Assembly (NCBI GenBank): GCA_038250865.1
Contig: JBBSBW010000008.1
Span: 6,753 to 70,752, forward strand
Length of the DNA stretch: 64,000 bases
Direction of reading: 5' to 3'
DNA from: Thermoanaerobaculia bacterium
Lineage (GTDB): Bacteria > Acidobacteriota > Thermoanaerobaculia > Multivoradales > UBA5704
The translations under genes and the position numbers were made by a program. Of this stretch, positions 20,552-29,378 are shown in pieces; the first letter of the stretch is position 1, and each line of letters begins with the position of its first letter. Under the pieces are notes generated by a model. That model was given only the letters and a program-made list of their open reading frames with translations, was not told the DNA's origin and made no database searches.

Positions 20552-21720
20552 CCTGCCGGGTTCCTTGCCATTTCCTCTTCCCCGTGCTGCTTTTCTCCTT
20601 GGCCTGCGGCAAGGCCGCCGACCCTTCCGCCGAGAAGAGTTCTAAGCACGATCCCATCGAAGCCGAAGAGGCCGTAGGGGGCGAGCACGAGCAGAAAAGC
20701 GACGTACCGCGGTCGATCGATCTTTCTGGGGTGCGCGGGGTTTCTTTCTCGGTGGTCGGTCCCCCGCGCGAGGAGGGAGCCTGGTTTGCCGCGGAGGCGA
20801 TTTCCGAGATGGGGTCCGCGGCGACGTTTTCGGCACCGGTCGGCGGCATCGTCATCGCGCTGTTGGTCGAGCCGGGCCGGTCGGTTTCGCGCGGCGCGGC
20901 GCTGGTCGAGATCCGCAGTCCCGAGCTGGCGGAGAAGAAAGCCGCTTGGCTCGCCGCCCGTTCCCGTAGGGCTCAGGCCGACCGCGAAGTGGCGCGCGAG
21001 CGCCGGCTGCTCGAAGCGGGAGCCACCTCAGAGCGAGACGTCGAAGCGGCGCAGGCCGGGGCGGAAGTCGCCGCGGTGGAAGAGACGTCCGCCCGCCTGG
21101 CGCTTGAGGCGCGCGGCGTCGATCCGGCGAGCGCCGGGACGACCTACCGGGTGCGCGCATCGCGCGGCGGGGTGGTCGAGTCGTTCGCCGTGGCGGTGGG
21201 CCAGGGGGTCGAAGCCGGTGGCGATCTCGGCCGATTGATCGCCCCCGGCGCGTCGCGGGTGCGGGTCGAGATCCCCCTGCCGGGTCCCGAGACTTGGGGG
21301 CTGGGGGCAAAGACCGAGGTGCGCCGCGCGACCGGCCAGCGCTGGCAGGCGACGGTCGAAGGAGTGCCCGCGTCGCTTTCGGATGCGACTCGCCGATTGA
21401 CCTATCGATTGCGTCTCGCGGGCGAGCAAACGACGTGGCCGCTCGCCGGGACGCCGCTCGAAGTGCGGGTTCCCCTGGCGAGTGCCGTCGTCTTGCCGCA
21501 GGCGGCATTGCAGCTGATCGAGGGGAGCTGGGGCGTGTTCGTGAAGAACGCCGGCCGGGCGGAGCTGCGGCCGGTGCGCAAAGGGGCCGAGCTGGGCGCC
21601 GAGGTGCTCGTGCTCGATGGGATCAAGCCGGGCGAAACGATCGCGACCGAAGGCGCCTATCTCCTCAAATCGCTCTACTTGAAGCTCGCGGGCGGCGGGG
21701 GTGACGAGCATGACCACTGA
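20548..21720 (+). CDS. RND efflux membrane fusion protein (periplasmic adaptor, HlyD/CzcB family), lipoprotein
   Basis: ATG at 20548: MTCRVPCHFLFPVLLFSLACGKAADP (lipobox LACG). Biotinyl-lipoyl-like and beta-barrel MFP segments (ALVEIRSPELAEKKAAWLAARSR...). It overlaps the pump gene start. Confidence 0.75.
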   Translation: MTCRVPCHFLFPVLLFSLACGKAADPSAEKSSKHDPIEAEEAVGGEHEQKSDVPRSIDLSGVRGVSFSVVGPPREEGAWFAAEAISEMGSAATFSAPVGGIVIALLVEPGRSVSRGAALVEIRSPELAEKKAAWLAARSRRAQADREVARERRLLEAGATSERDVEAAQAGAEVAAVEETSARLALEARGVDPASAGTTYRVRASRGGVVESFAVAVGQGVEAGGDLGRLIAPGASRVRVEIPLPGPETWGLGAKTEVRRATGQRWQATVEGVPASLSDATRRLTYRLRLAGEQTTWPLAGTPLEVRVPLASAVVLPQAALQLIEGSWGVFVKNAGRAELRPVRKGAELGAEVLVLDGIKPGETIATEGAYLLKSLYLKLAGGGGDEHDH

Positions 21721-24700
21721 GGAAAAGAATGCACCGCTCGCCGATCGATCGGCCGCTCCGCCCGCTGGCCGCGCGCTCCTGCAGCGCTGGTTTGCCGGCG
21801 CCCTCGCCGCAAGGGGTTGGATTCTGGCGCTCGCCTTGCTTTGGGGCGTCGCGGGGTTCTTCACCTTCTTGCGTCTGCCGCGCGATCTTTTCCCGAACTT
21901 GGCGCTCCCATCGATCCAACTGCTGATCCAAAGCCCCGGCCGCGATCCGGCGGAGCTGGAGTTGACGGTGGCCCAGCCGGTCGAGCAGGTGCTCACCGGG
22001 CTGCCGGGAGTGCGCCGGGTGACGAGCACGATCCAGGCGGGAGTGACGCAGATCGTCGTCGCCTTCGAACCCGGCACCGATCCTTGGCGGGCGCGCCAGT
22101 TGGTGGGAGAAAAGCTCGCCGGGGTAATGGCCGGCTTTCCCGAGGGCACCTCGGCGCCGCTGCTCACCTCTGCCGCGGGAAGGCTTCAAGAAATCCAGGA
22201 GCTGGTGCTCCAAGGTCCGGCGGTCGATCCGATGAAGCTGCGCGATCACGCGGTCAAGGTGCTGATCCCCCGCTTGCAGGCGGTTCCCGGGGTGGCGCGC
22301 ATCGAGCTGCTGGGGGGAGAAGGGCGCCAGTTGCAGGTGTCGATCTCGCCCGAGACGATGCGTTTGATGGGTGTCTCCCTCGATCAAATCGTCGAGGCGC
22401 TCGAAGGCAGCGAAAAGGACGTCTCGGCGGGCATTCTGGAGATCCGCGACAAGCAGTGGTTCGTCTCCGTCGCTTCGCTCGCCGCGGAGGTCGAGCAGGT
22501 GCGGCGCCTGCCGGTGCATACGACGCGCGGCGTGGTCGCCCTGGGCGATCTCGCCGAGGTGCGCGAGGCGCCGGAGTTTCGCTTGGGCCTCGCGCGGTTC
22601 AAGGGCTTCGAGGTGGTGTCGTTTCGGGTGATCAAGCAGCCGACCGCGGACACCCTTTCCACCAGCCGGGGCGTCCGCGACCTGCTGCCCGAGCTCCAGC
22701 GTTCGCTGCCTGCCGGGATGTCGCTCGATCTGTTCTACGACCAAGGCGACCTGGTCTCCCATGCGCTGGGCGGCGTATCTCAGGCGCTCGCCCTCGGCGC
22801 TTTGTTCGTGGGGCTGGTGTTGATTGTTCTCTTGGGCAACCTGCGCGGCGCTCTGTTCGTGATCGTCCTCCTGCCGCTCGCGACTCTTGGCGCCGCGATC
22901 CCGCTGTTCGCCCTTGGGCTCGGATTGAACGCGATGACGTTGGGGGGACTCGCGATCGCCGTCGGACTGCTGGTCGATGCGGGCGTGATCATGGTCGAAA
23001 ACATCGTCCACCGGCTGCACGACCTCGAAGGTTCGGACCCCGAGGCCCGGCGGCGGGTGATCGCCAATTCCGCAGCGGAGGTCGGCGTGCCGATCGCCAC
23101 GGCGGTCCTGGTGATTCTCGCGGTGTTCATTCCGCTGCTCGCGATTGGCGGAGTGGCCGGCGAGCTGTATGCCCCACTCGCCGTCGCGGTCGCCTCGGCG
23201 ATGACCATCGCTCTGGTCCTCTCTTTCACCCTGGTGCCGGTGCTGGTCGATCGCTTCCTGCCGCCCGGCACGCGCCTCGAAGAGCCGGGGGTGATCCGGG
23301 CGATCAAACGCGTCTATCGGCCGGTGCTCGATTGGGCGCTCCGCCACGGCGCCCTGGTGCAAATCGCGGCGCTCGCCCTTGCCCTCCCGGCGATCTTTCT
23401 CGCGACCCGGCTGGGCACGAACTTCCTTCCGGCGCTCGACGAGGGGGCGCTTCTGGTGCAGACGTTTCTTCCGTCGGACACGAGCCTCGCCGCGATCGAC
23501 GAGGCGAACGGTCAATTCGAACAGGAGGTGGGGAAGATCCCCGGCGTCCGCGCCGCGTATCGCCGCACCGGTCGCGGCGAGGTCACGGAAGATCCGATGC
23601 CGAGCTACCTGTCGGACGTCCTGATCGTCCTTGAGCCGCGGACCGATGTGCGGCAGGTCGAATCCGAGCTGGAAGAATTGGCCGAACGTATGCCGTTCGG
23701 CGTCGAGCTGACGACTCCGATGAAAATGCGGATCTCGGAAGGGATCGGCGGCACGCCGGCCGACATTCAGGTCGAGCTGTTCCATCCCGACCTGTCCGTC
23801 CTGGAGCGTCGAGCCAACGACATCGCGCAACTCCTGGCCCGAGTTCCCGGTGTGGCGGGCGTCACACCCGATTCGGGAGCCCCGCTGCCGCGCTGGCGGA
23901 TCGTGCCGGACGACGATGCGCTCCGCCGGCTCGACGTGCCGAGGAAGGCGCTGCTCCAGACGCTCGAAGCGGCGCTCCAGGGGATCGTCCTGGCTCCCCG
24001 GTTCGACGGCCCTCAGCGGATCGAAAGGACGGTGCGCTTTCCGGCGGACGGCCGCCTTACGCCGACCAAGATGGAACGGCTGCCGATCGTCGTCGAAGAG
24101 GGGCGGATCGTCGAGCTGGGTCAGGTGGCGAAGATCGAAGAGGACACCATGGCCTCGCTGATCCGGCGGAAGAACGGTCAGCGCCGGCTCGGCTGGAACC
24201 TCCGAACCGAAGGGGATCTCGGCGGCACCGCCCAGGCGGTCGAGCGCGCATTGTCCAAGCTCGATCTGCCGAAGGGGACTCTCGTTGCGCTCTCCGGCCA
24301 GATCGAAGAGGCGCGCGAAACGCAGAAGCGCCTGCTGGTCGCGAGCGCCGTGGCCCTCGCCCTGGTGATCTTGCTTCTGTTTCTAGCCCTCGGTCGGCCG
24401 CGCGAGGTCCTGGTGGTCCTCGGTACGCTGCCGGTCGCCTTTGCCGGCGGCCTCTACGCTCTGGCCTTTACCGGTGAGACCTGGAACGCCTCGTCGATCG
24501 TCGGCGTGATCGGCCTGTTCGGCGTCGCGGTCCAAAACAGCCTGGTGCTGATCTCCCAAACCAAGGAGCTGATCGCCGCCGGCCTGCCGTTCCGCGAGGC
24601 GCTCCGCGAAGCCTCGATCGGCCGCGTCCGGCCCAAACTGATGACCGCCGGAGCGGCGATCCTCGGCCTAGCCCCAATGCTGATCGGCTTCGGAGGCTCG

Positions 24701-24823
24701 GAGCTGGAACGTCCGCTAGCGATCGTCATGGTCGGTGGGCTGGTCACCTCGACGCTTTTTACCCTGCTCGTCCTGCCGAGCGTCTACGCTTGGGTGGTGG
24801 GCGGAAAGGAGTCGAAGGCATGA
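21710..24823 (+). CDS. RND efflux transporter permease (AcrB/CzcA/CusA superfamily, ~1037 aa)
   Basis: 12-TM RND architecture with two large periplasmic loops (MTTEEKNAPLADRS...ALPSIQLLIQSPGRDPAELELTVAQPVEQ...). The length is typical. Heavy-metal versus drug specificity cannot be decided from the sequence. Confidence 0.9.
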   Translation: MTTEEKNAPLADRSAAPPAGRALLQRWFAGALAARGWILALALLWGVAGFFTFLRLPRDLFPNLALPSIQLLIQSPGRDPAELELTVAQPVEQVLTGLPGVRRVTSTIQAGVTQIVVAFEPGTDPWRARQLVGEKLAGVMAGFPEGTSAPLLTSAAGRLQEIQELVLQGPAVDPMKLRDHAVKVLIPRLQAVPGVARIELLGGEGRQLQVSISPETMRLMGVSLDQIVEALEGSEKDVSAGILEIRDKQWFVSVASLAAEVEQVRRLPVHTTRGVVALGDLAEVREAPEFRLGLARFKGFEVVSFRVIKQPTADTLSTSRGVRDLLPELQRSLPAGMSLDLFYDQGDLVSHALGGVSQALALGALFVGLVLIVLLGNLRGALFVIVLLPLATLGAAIPLFALGLGLNAMTLGGLAIAVGLLVDAGVIMVENIVHRLHDLEGSDPEARRRVIANSAAEVGVPIATAVLVILAVFIPLLAIGGVAGELYAPLAVAVASAMTIALVLSFTLVPVLVDRFLPPGTRLEEPGVIRAIKRVYRPVLDWALRHGALVQIAALALALPAIFLATRLGTNFLPALDEGALLVQTFLPSDTSLAAIDEANGQFEQEVGKIPGVRAAYRRTGRGEVTEDPMPSYLSDVLIVLEPRTDVRQVESELEELAERMPFGVELTTPMKMRISEGIGGTPADIQVELFHPDLSVLERRANDIAQLLARVPGVAGVTPDSGAPLPRWRIVPDDDALRRLDVPRKALLQTLEAALQGIVLAPRFDGPQRIERTVRFPADGRLTPTKMERLPIVVEEGRIVELGQVAKIEEDTMASLIRRKNGQRRLGWNLRTEGDLGGTAQAVERALSKLDLPKGTLVALSGQIEEARETQKRLLVASAVALALVILLLFLALGRPREVLVVLGTLPVAFAGGLYALAFTGETWNASSIVGVIGLFGVAVQNSLVLISQTKELIAAGLPFREALREASIGRVRPKLMTAGAAILGLAPMLIGFGGSELERPLAIVMVGGLVTSTLFTLLVLPSVYAWVVGGKESKA

Positions 24824-24866
24824 GCGATCGAAGTCGCTCCTCTGTGTTCTCCGAAGCGACAGATTC

Positions 24867-25709
24867 CTAACGCGAGCCGCGCCACGTCCCCGAGTAGACC
24901 ACTCCCAACCGAATCGTCGGTCCGAGCGCGACGTTTCGCGCCGACGCGGCCCCGTCGATCGCGGCTTGGAACGCCCAGCCTTTCGAGCATTCCCACGAGA
25001 GGCTAGGACCGAGGGCGAGATAGGCGACGTCGTCGCCCAGGCCGGCCGCCGAGGCGGTCGGTTGGTCGGCAGGGTTTTGATAGGGCTCTACGCCCCAAAC
25101 GCGCGCGGCTGCGAGCCAGCGCCCTTTCCGTCCGAATCGGCGGCCCAGCTCGGCGCGGTAGACGATACCGTCGACCAAACCCCCGCCGCGCGTCTGGTGG
25201 CCCAGCTCGAAGAAACCGTAGCCCCGGCCGTCGGTTCCGAACGATCGGCCGAGTGAGGCCCAGGCTTCAATTTCCCACACCCCCGTGCCGGTCGGCAGAG
25301 CGCCATCGCCCGCATTCTCGTCTCCGGTCGGCGCCTGGACCAACCCGCGCGCGGCGAGGCGCCAGGGGCCGCTTTCCCAGATCTGCGCTTGGAGACCCAG
25401 CTGAAGGTCGCCGGTGCCGCTTGCCGAGCCAAAACCGTCGATTTCGGAGCGCCGAACGAGGGGGGCTCGGACGATTCCAGTCCAACGATTCCCAAAGCCG
25501 AACGCGCCGTAGAACGCCAGTTCGTCCTGGGTAAAGTCAGGGATCTTTACGTCGCGGCCATCGGCGTCCGCCAATCGATCGGCTACCAAGCGCGCCCAAC
25601 CGAGCTGTAGGTACGCCTCGCCCGGCTCCACTTTCCACGGCCCGGCCGAGGCGGCCGAAGCGGCGAAGAGGACCCACGTCGTTGCGAGCGAAATCACGTG
25701 GCGTTTCAT
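24867..25709 (-). CDS. Putative outer-membrane beta-barrel protein (MetA-pathway/transporter-like family)
   Basis: ATG at 25707-25709: MKRHVISLATTWVLFAASAASAGPW signal peptide. Alternating aromatic/glycine beta-strand pattern with C-terminal aromatic residues. Confidence 0.45.
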   Translation of the reverse strand: MKRHVISLATTWVLFAASAASAGPWKVEPGEAYLQLGWARLVADRLADADGRDVKIPDFTQDELAFYGAFGFGNRWTGIVRAPLVRRSEIDGFGSASGTGDLQLGLQAQIWESGPWRLAARGLVQAPTGDENAGDGALPTGTGVWEIEAWASLGRSFGTDGRGYGFFELGHQTRGGGLVDGIVYRAELGRRFGRKGRWLAAARVWGVEPYQNPADQPTASAAGLGDDVAYLALGPSLSWECSKGWAFQAAIDGAASARNVALGPTIRLGVVYSGTWRGSR

Positions 25710-26191
25710 TGCAGCTCTCCAAAGCCGAAAGGTACTTGGAACGGGCGGCACCAGACCACGACGAAAGGAAATTGCGCCGCGGCGTCAGGCAGGGAGTAGG
25801 TCTGCGCGCCGCGCCGGCTCTGGAGCGGCCCGAGATCGAGATCGGTCGCGGTGCATCGGTCGGAGCGCTTGCAAAGCCGAAGGTCGACGACGCTGCCGGA
25901 ATCGGTCTGGAAGTTGGCCGCCAGCTCCAGACGAACCGCGCCGTTCTCCGTCACGATCGCCGCCTCGCCGCGCGCGTGGTGGCCCCCTACGTCGCGAAAT
26001 GCGGCACGGCGAAGGATCACTGCCCCGGTGGCGGGAGGCGGAGCGGGAGGCGTCGGGGTGACGACGGGAGGCACAGGGGAGGTGGGTGTGCCGCCTCCAC
26101 CCCCTCCGCCGCAAGCGGAAAGGCCGAGTGCGATCATCGTCAAGGACAAAAGCGCTGCGCGCGTGAGGCGGACGGGGACAGAACTTTCCAT
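25706..26191 (-). CDS. Lipoprotein with DM13-like domain
   Basis: MESSVPVRLTRAALLSLTMIALGLSACGGGGGGGTPTSPVPP (lipobox, Gly/Pro linker), then HHARGEAAIVTENGAVRLELAANFQTDSGSVVDLRL resembling DM13. It overlaps the downstream OMP start (ATGA). Confidence 0.45.
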   Translation of the reverse strand: MESSVPVRLTRAALLSLTMIALGLSACGGGGGGGTPTSPVPPVVTPTPPAPPPATGAVILRRAAFRDVGGHHARGEAAIVTENGAVRLELAANFQTDSGSVVDLRLCKRSDRCTATDLDLGPLQSRRGAQTYSLPDAAAQFPFVVVWCRPFQVPFGFGELQ

Positions 26192-26397
26192 CTCGAATTC
26201 TCCTCGCTCTCTTCTATTTCAGTTCTCTGACCGCAGGTTCCGCTCCGGAGCGGCGCACAGCCAAAGTTCTAGCCCAGGCGCCGCCGCCTTCCTGACTTTG
26301 CCGCAGGGGGCTGGAAAGTTTCCGGGTCGACACAGGGCACCGCGGGTGGCAGGCACCGCTGATCTGTCTCGAAGGCGGGAAAAAGATCGAACTTTTT

Positions 26398-26650
26398 CGA
26401 AAAAAGAGTGAACTCGAACGCCTCAAAAGTGAACTCGAACGCCTCAAAAGTGAACTCGAACGCCTCAAAAGTGAACTCGAACGGTTTGCAAGCGAACTTT
26501 TTTGAAAAAAGATCGAACTTGAGCAGCCCGAGAACGTTCTCGAGGAGTTTGGAAGCGAACTTGAGCGCCCAAAAGTGAACTCGAACCGTTTGGAAGCGAA
26601 CTTGAGGCGCTCACGAGCGAACTTCAAGAGCTAAAGAGCGAACTTTTGGG
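26398..26650. repeat. 21-bp tandem repeat array: 3 perfect copies of AGTGAACTCGAACGCCTCAAA followed by about 9 degenerate copies
   Basis: Perfect units at 26398, 26419 and 26440, then degenerate GCGAACTTGAG-containing units to about 26650. In-frame it encodes SELERLK heptads broken by stops and frameshifts. It lies in the 536-bp divergent gap between the DM13 lipoprotein and vapB. Confidence 0.8.
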
Positions 26651-26727
26651 GGCTGCGGGTCTCACCGCCCGCTAATCGCGCCCAACCCCGTGCTACACTG
26701 GTTCTTCTTGCGAGAAGGTACTCAACC

Positions 26728-26958
26728 ATGGCCAATCTGACCGTTGCGATCGATGACGAGGTACTTCGTCGCGCCCGCGCCCGCGCCGTGGCTCAAGGGA
26801 CCTCGGTGAACGCGCTCTTGCGGAACTATCTCCAGGGCTTCGCGGGCGCACGTACCGCGCAGGAGGCGGCGATCCGATCGCTTCTCGAGCGATCCGCCCG
26901 CGCCCGAAGCAGTAGTGGAGGACGGCGGATCTCGCGCGACGAGTTGCATGAGCGTTAA
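26728..26958 (+). CDS. vapB: VapB-type antitoxin (ribbon-helix-helix)
   Basis: MANLTVAIDDEVLRRARARAVAQGTSVNALLRNYLQGF is a typical RHH antitoxin N-terminus. It overlaps the PIN toxin gene. Confidence 0.7.
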   Translation: MANLTVAIDDEVLRRARARAVAQGTSVNALLRNYLQGFAGARTAQEAAIRSLLERSARARSSSGGRRISRDELHER

Positions 26959-27376
26959 AGCCTTTCTAGACACCAACGTCTTGGTGTACCTGTTCGACGC
27001 CGGGCAGCCTGCCAAACAGGCAATCTCGCGAGAGATTCTCGAGCGCCAAGGTTTCGACCTGGAGCTTCACCTCAGCACCCAAGTTCTCCAGGAGTTCTTC
27101 GTAGCCGCGACTCGCAAGCTCAAGCCTCCACTGTCCGTGGAAGATGCCCTGGGCGCACTTGCCGATCTGGCCGAGCTACCGACCGTCCAGGTGGATTTTC
27201 CTCTGGTCGTGGCCGCCGCTCGATTGAGCCAGAAGCACCAGATTTCGTTCTGGGATGGGTTGATCCTCGAAGCGGCGGCCGGTTGCGGCTGCAGCACGGT
27301 ATTCACGGAGGACCTCCAAGATGGATGGGAGGTTCGCGGACTTCGAGTGGAGAATCCCTTCCGCGGTCTCGGATGA
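26948..27376 (+). CDS. vapC: VapC-type PIN-domain toxin
   Basis: MSVKAFLDTNVLVYLFDAGQPAK...TQVLQEFFVAATRKL...ISFWDGLILEAAAGCGCSTVFTEDLQDG: PIN motifs are present. Start taken at the internal ATG at 26948. Confidence 0.8.
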   Translation: MSVKAFLDTNVLVYLFDAGQPAKQAISREILERQGFDLELHLSTQVLQEFFVAATRKLKPPLSVEDALGALADLAELPTVQVDFPLVVAAARLSQKHQISFWDGLILEAAAGCGCSTVFTEDLQDGWEVRGLRVENPFRGLG

Positions 27377-27487
27377 GGCCGTGCCGCTTCGTCGGTGGCC
27401 ACTGGTGCTACTCGGAACCCGACAAAGCGCAAGACGCCGGTGCCGGTCGCCGGAACCTTGGTAGCATGATCCGGTTATGATCCGGTC

Positions 27488-27688
27488 ATGAACGGATGGG
27501 ACGACAGGGCGGAGATGGAAGGAATCCCCACCGACTACGACCCATTGGAAGTGTCGGAGTGGGGTTTGGACTGGGGCGACATCAGCCAGATCCGCGACAA
27601 GCTCAAGCTGACACCGACGGAGCGCCTGAAGGCCGCCCAGGATTTTATGAACACCGTCCTCCGCATCCGCGCCCAGAATGGCCACTGA
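27488..27688 (+). CDS. Hypothetical small protein (66 aa)
   Basis: ORF MNGWDDRAEMEGIPTDYDPLEVSEWGLDWGDISQIRDKLKLTPTERLKAAQDFMNTVLRIRAQNGH, preceded by direct repeats ATGATCCGGTT/ATGATCCGGTC. Function unknown. Confidence 0.3.
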   Translation: MNGWDDRAEMEGIPTDYDPLEVSEWGLDWGDISQIRDKLKLTPTERLKAAQDFMNTVLRIRAQNGH

Positions 27689-27718
27689 GTTCGGCTACCA
27701 AGATTTGCTGGCCCCTGG

Positions 27719-28639
27719 TCACAGGTTCCAGGGGCCGCCAGGCGGCCAGCTTTGAAGAAAAGCGGTGCGCTGTCGAACCGCGTCGAGTGGAAGGAGAAGA
27801 AACGTCCGAAGCTCGGGGAGCAGAGCGCGGGCGGTCTCTACGTTGGCTTCCAAGTGTGCTCGCCGTGCGAAAGCTCGCAGGTGCGCGATGCGATTCTCCG
27901 TCTGCCAGAACTCGTCGGTCAGGCCGATCGGAATCCCGGGCGGTACGCGCGTGCCTCGTTGTTCGAAGGTTTTGTTGATGGCCTGCACCAGCCGGTCGCC
28001 TTCGAAGGCGAAACGTCGCGAGAGATAGTGTAGATCGAAGAAGTCTTTGATTCGGCTGTTGGCGATACCATGCACGATCATCGCTTCGACCTTCTCCGCG
28101 ATCACCGTTTCCGGGGCGTAGGCGAGGATTTGTGGCGCCGGTTGATCGAGGAGGGTTGGATAGGTGGCTTGCTGTGGAAAAGGCCAAGCCTCGCCCGTTC
28201 CGATGTCGATCTGGAGAGGTAGCCTCGCTTGGCCGAGGCGGCAAATAAGACTAGCTCTGAACCCTGCTTCCTCCAGGTCCGCTCGTATTGGAGCGAGGTG
28301 AAGGTCCCGCGCGTCAAACGTGACGCCATCGTCCTCGACTTCGGTGGCTGCGACTTGCCGGATGCCGCTCTCGATCGACTGAAGGGAGGTCTGCTTCGAT
28401 TGCCACAGAAGATCGAGGTCGACTGTTGCCCGGTACGGCTGGTCGGCCCACAGGCGGAGGAGAACGGCTCCTTTGAGCGCGAATCTCTCGCGGAGTTCGG
28501 ATCTTCCAAGTCGGTAAAGGAATCGCTCCAGGAGATAGCCCTGAAGGACGAGTTGGAAGTCCTCACCCTTGGCTCTGGCATGGTTGAGCAGCCGCTGATG
28601 CACCGACTGAGCGATGCGGGGATCTGCCGGTCGAGTCAC
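27719..28639 (-). CDS. AbiEii/AbiGii-family nucleotidyltransferase toxin (type IV TA/abortive infection, DUF1814)
   Basis: 306 aa, immediately downstream of and overlapping an AbiEi-like gene. Sequence LKGAVLLRLWADQPYRATVDLDLLW...IAEKVEAMIVHGIANSRIKDFFDL is characteristic of AbiEii. Confidence 0.75.
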   Translation of the reverse strand: MTRPADPRIAQSVHQRLLNHARAKGEDFQLVLQGYLLERFLYRLGRSELRERFALKGAVLLRLWADQPYRATVDLDLLWQSKQTSLQSIESGIRQVAATEVEDDGVTFDARDLHLAPIRADLEEAGFRASLICRLGQARLPLQIDIGTGEAWPFPQQATYPTLLDQPAPQILAYAPETVIAEKVEAMIVHGIANSRIKDFFDLHYLSRRFAFEGDRLVQAINKTFEQRGTRVPPGIPIGLTDEFWQTENRIAHLRAFARRAHLEANVETARALLPELRTFLLLPLDAVRQRTAFLQSWPPGGPWNL

Positions 28640-29244
28640 AGAACCGACTCAAGATAGGGCTGAATCACCCGGCCCACGCGATTCATCTGCGCGAAGCGCC
28701 AGAGGTCGTCGGCGCCGCCTCGGTTCATTCGAAGGTAGTCGCGTAGGGCCTCGACGGCGACGTCGATCCCGATTTTGTTGCGGAACTTAAAGCAGTCCGC
28801 GACGGTCTTGGCCGGAGAGTAGATCCGAACGGGCACGCCATCGATCGTGTGGGTCTCAACCCCTTCGATCCAGCCCGAGCCCGAGAGGTGAATCACGTGG
28901 ACCCGGAACGGCGGTGCGCTCGGTCGCCAGGCGTTGTTCGGTAGGGCGATCCAAACCTCCGGAGGATTCTGGGTGGTCAGGCCGTGAAATCGGAGTGCCG
29001 ACAGGAGGCAGATCACTCCCTGCGGGACTGCCTTGGACACCTCAGCCAGAGACCTGTAGGTGGAGCCGGTCGAATCGGGGAGGGTATAGAGGCCGCGCCC
29101 GACTCGGATCAGGTCGCCCCTGGCCGAGAGACGCTGGGCGTACTCCCGGGGTATGCCATGTGCCAGGAGGTCTCTCGGGCGCAGGACTCCGAGGTCTTTG
29201 GCAAGGAGCCGGATGCGGGAGTCGATGTCGTGTGAGGAGTTCAT
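28636..29244 (-). CDS. AbiEi-family antitoxin/transcriptional regulator (type IV TA)
   Basis: ATG at 29242-29244: MNSSHDIDSRIRLLAKDLGVLRPRDLLAHGIPREYAQRLSARGDLIRVGRGLYTLPDS (N-terminal wHTH of AbiEi), then C-terminal domain. It is upstream of AbiEii with a 4-nt overlap. Confidence 0.7.
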   Translation of the reverse strand: MNSSHDIDSRIRLLAKDLGVLRPRDLLAHGIPREYAQRLSARGDLIRVGRGLYTLPDSTGSTYRSLAEVSKAVPQGVICLLSALRFHGLTTQNPPEVWIALPNNAWRPSAPPFRVHVIHLSGSGWIEGVETHTIDGVPVRIYSPAKTVADCFKFRNKIGIDVAVEALRDYLRMNRGGADDLWRFAQMNRVGRVIQPYLESVL

Positions 29245-29378
29245 GGTCACAAATCCTAGGTACTTCCGCACAACTACCTATGAATTGTGACTCGCTCAAT
29301 TGCCCAGGTCAACAGTGCAAAATGTTGGCACTTGGTCGCAAGTGCCGACGTTTCGTCCTATTGGCCTTCAGCCCACCC

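Noticed and set aside
19015-21508. Long minus-strand ORFs (19015..19617, 19163..19954, 20852..21508, 21028..22167, 21665..23830) opposite the RND operon
   Set aside because: Arg/Pro-rich antisense frames. The plus-strand genes have strong family signatures.
26214-26627. Minus ORF encoding RRSSSLL repeats
   Set aside because: It is the antisense reading of the 21-bp SELERLK repeat, with no start context.
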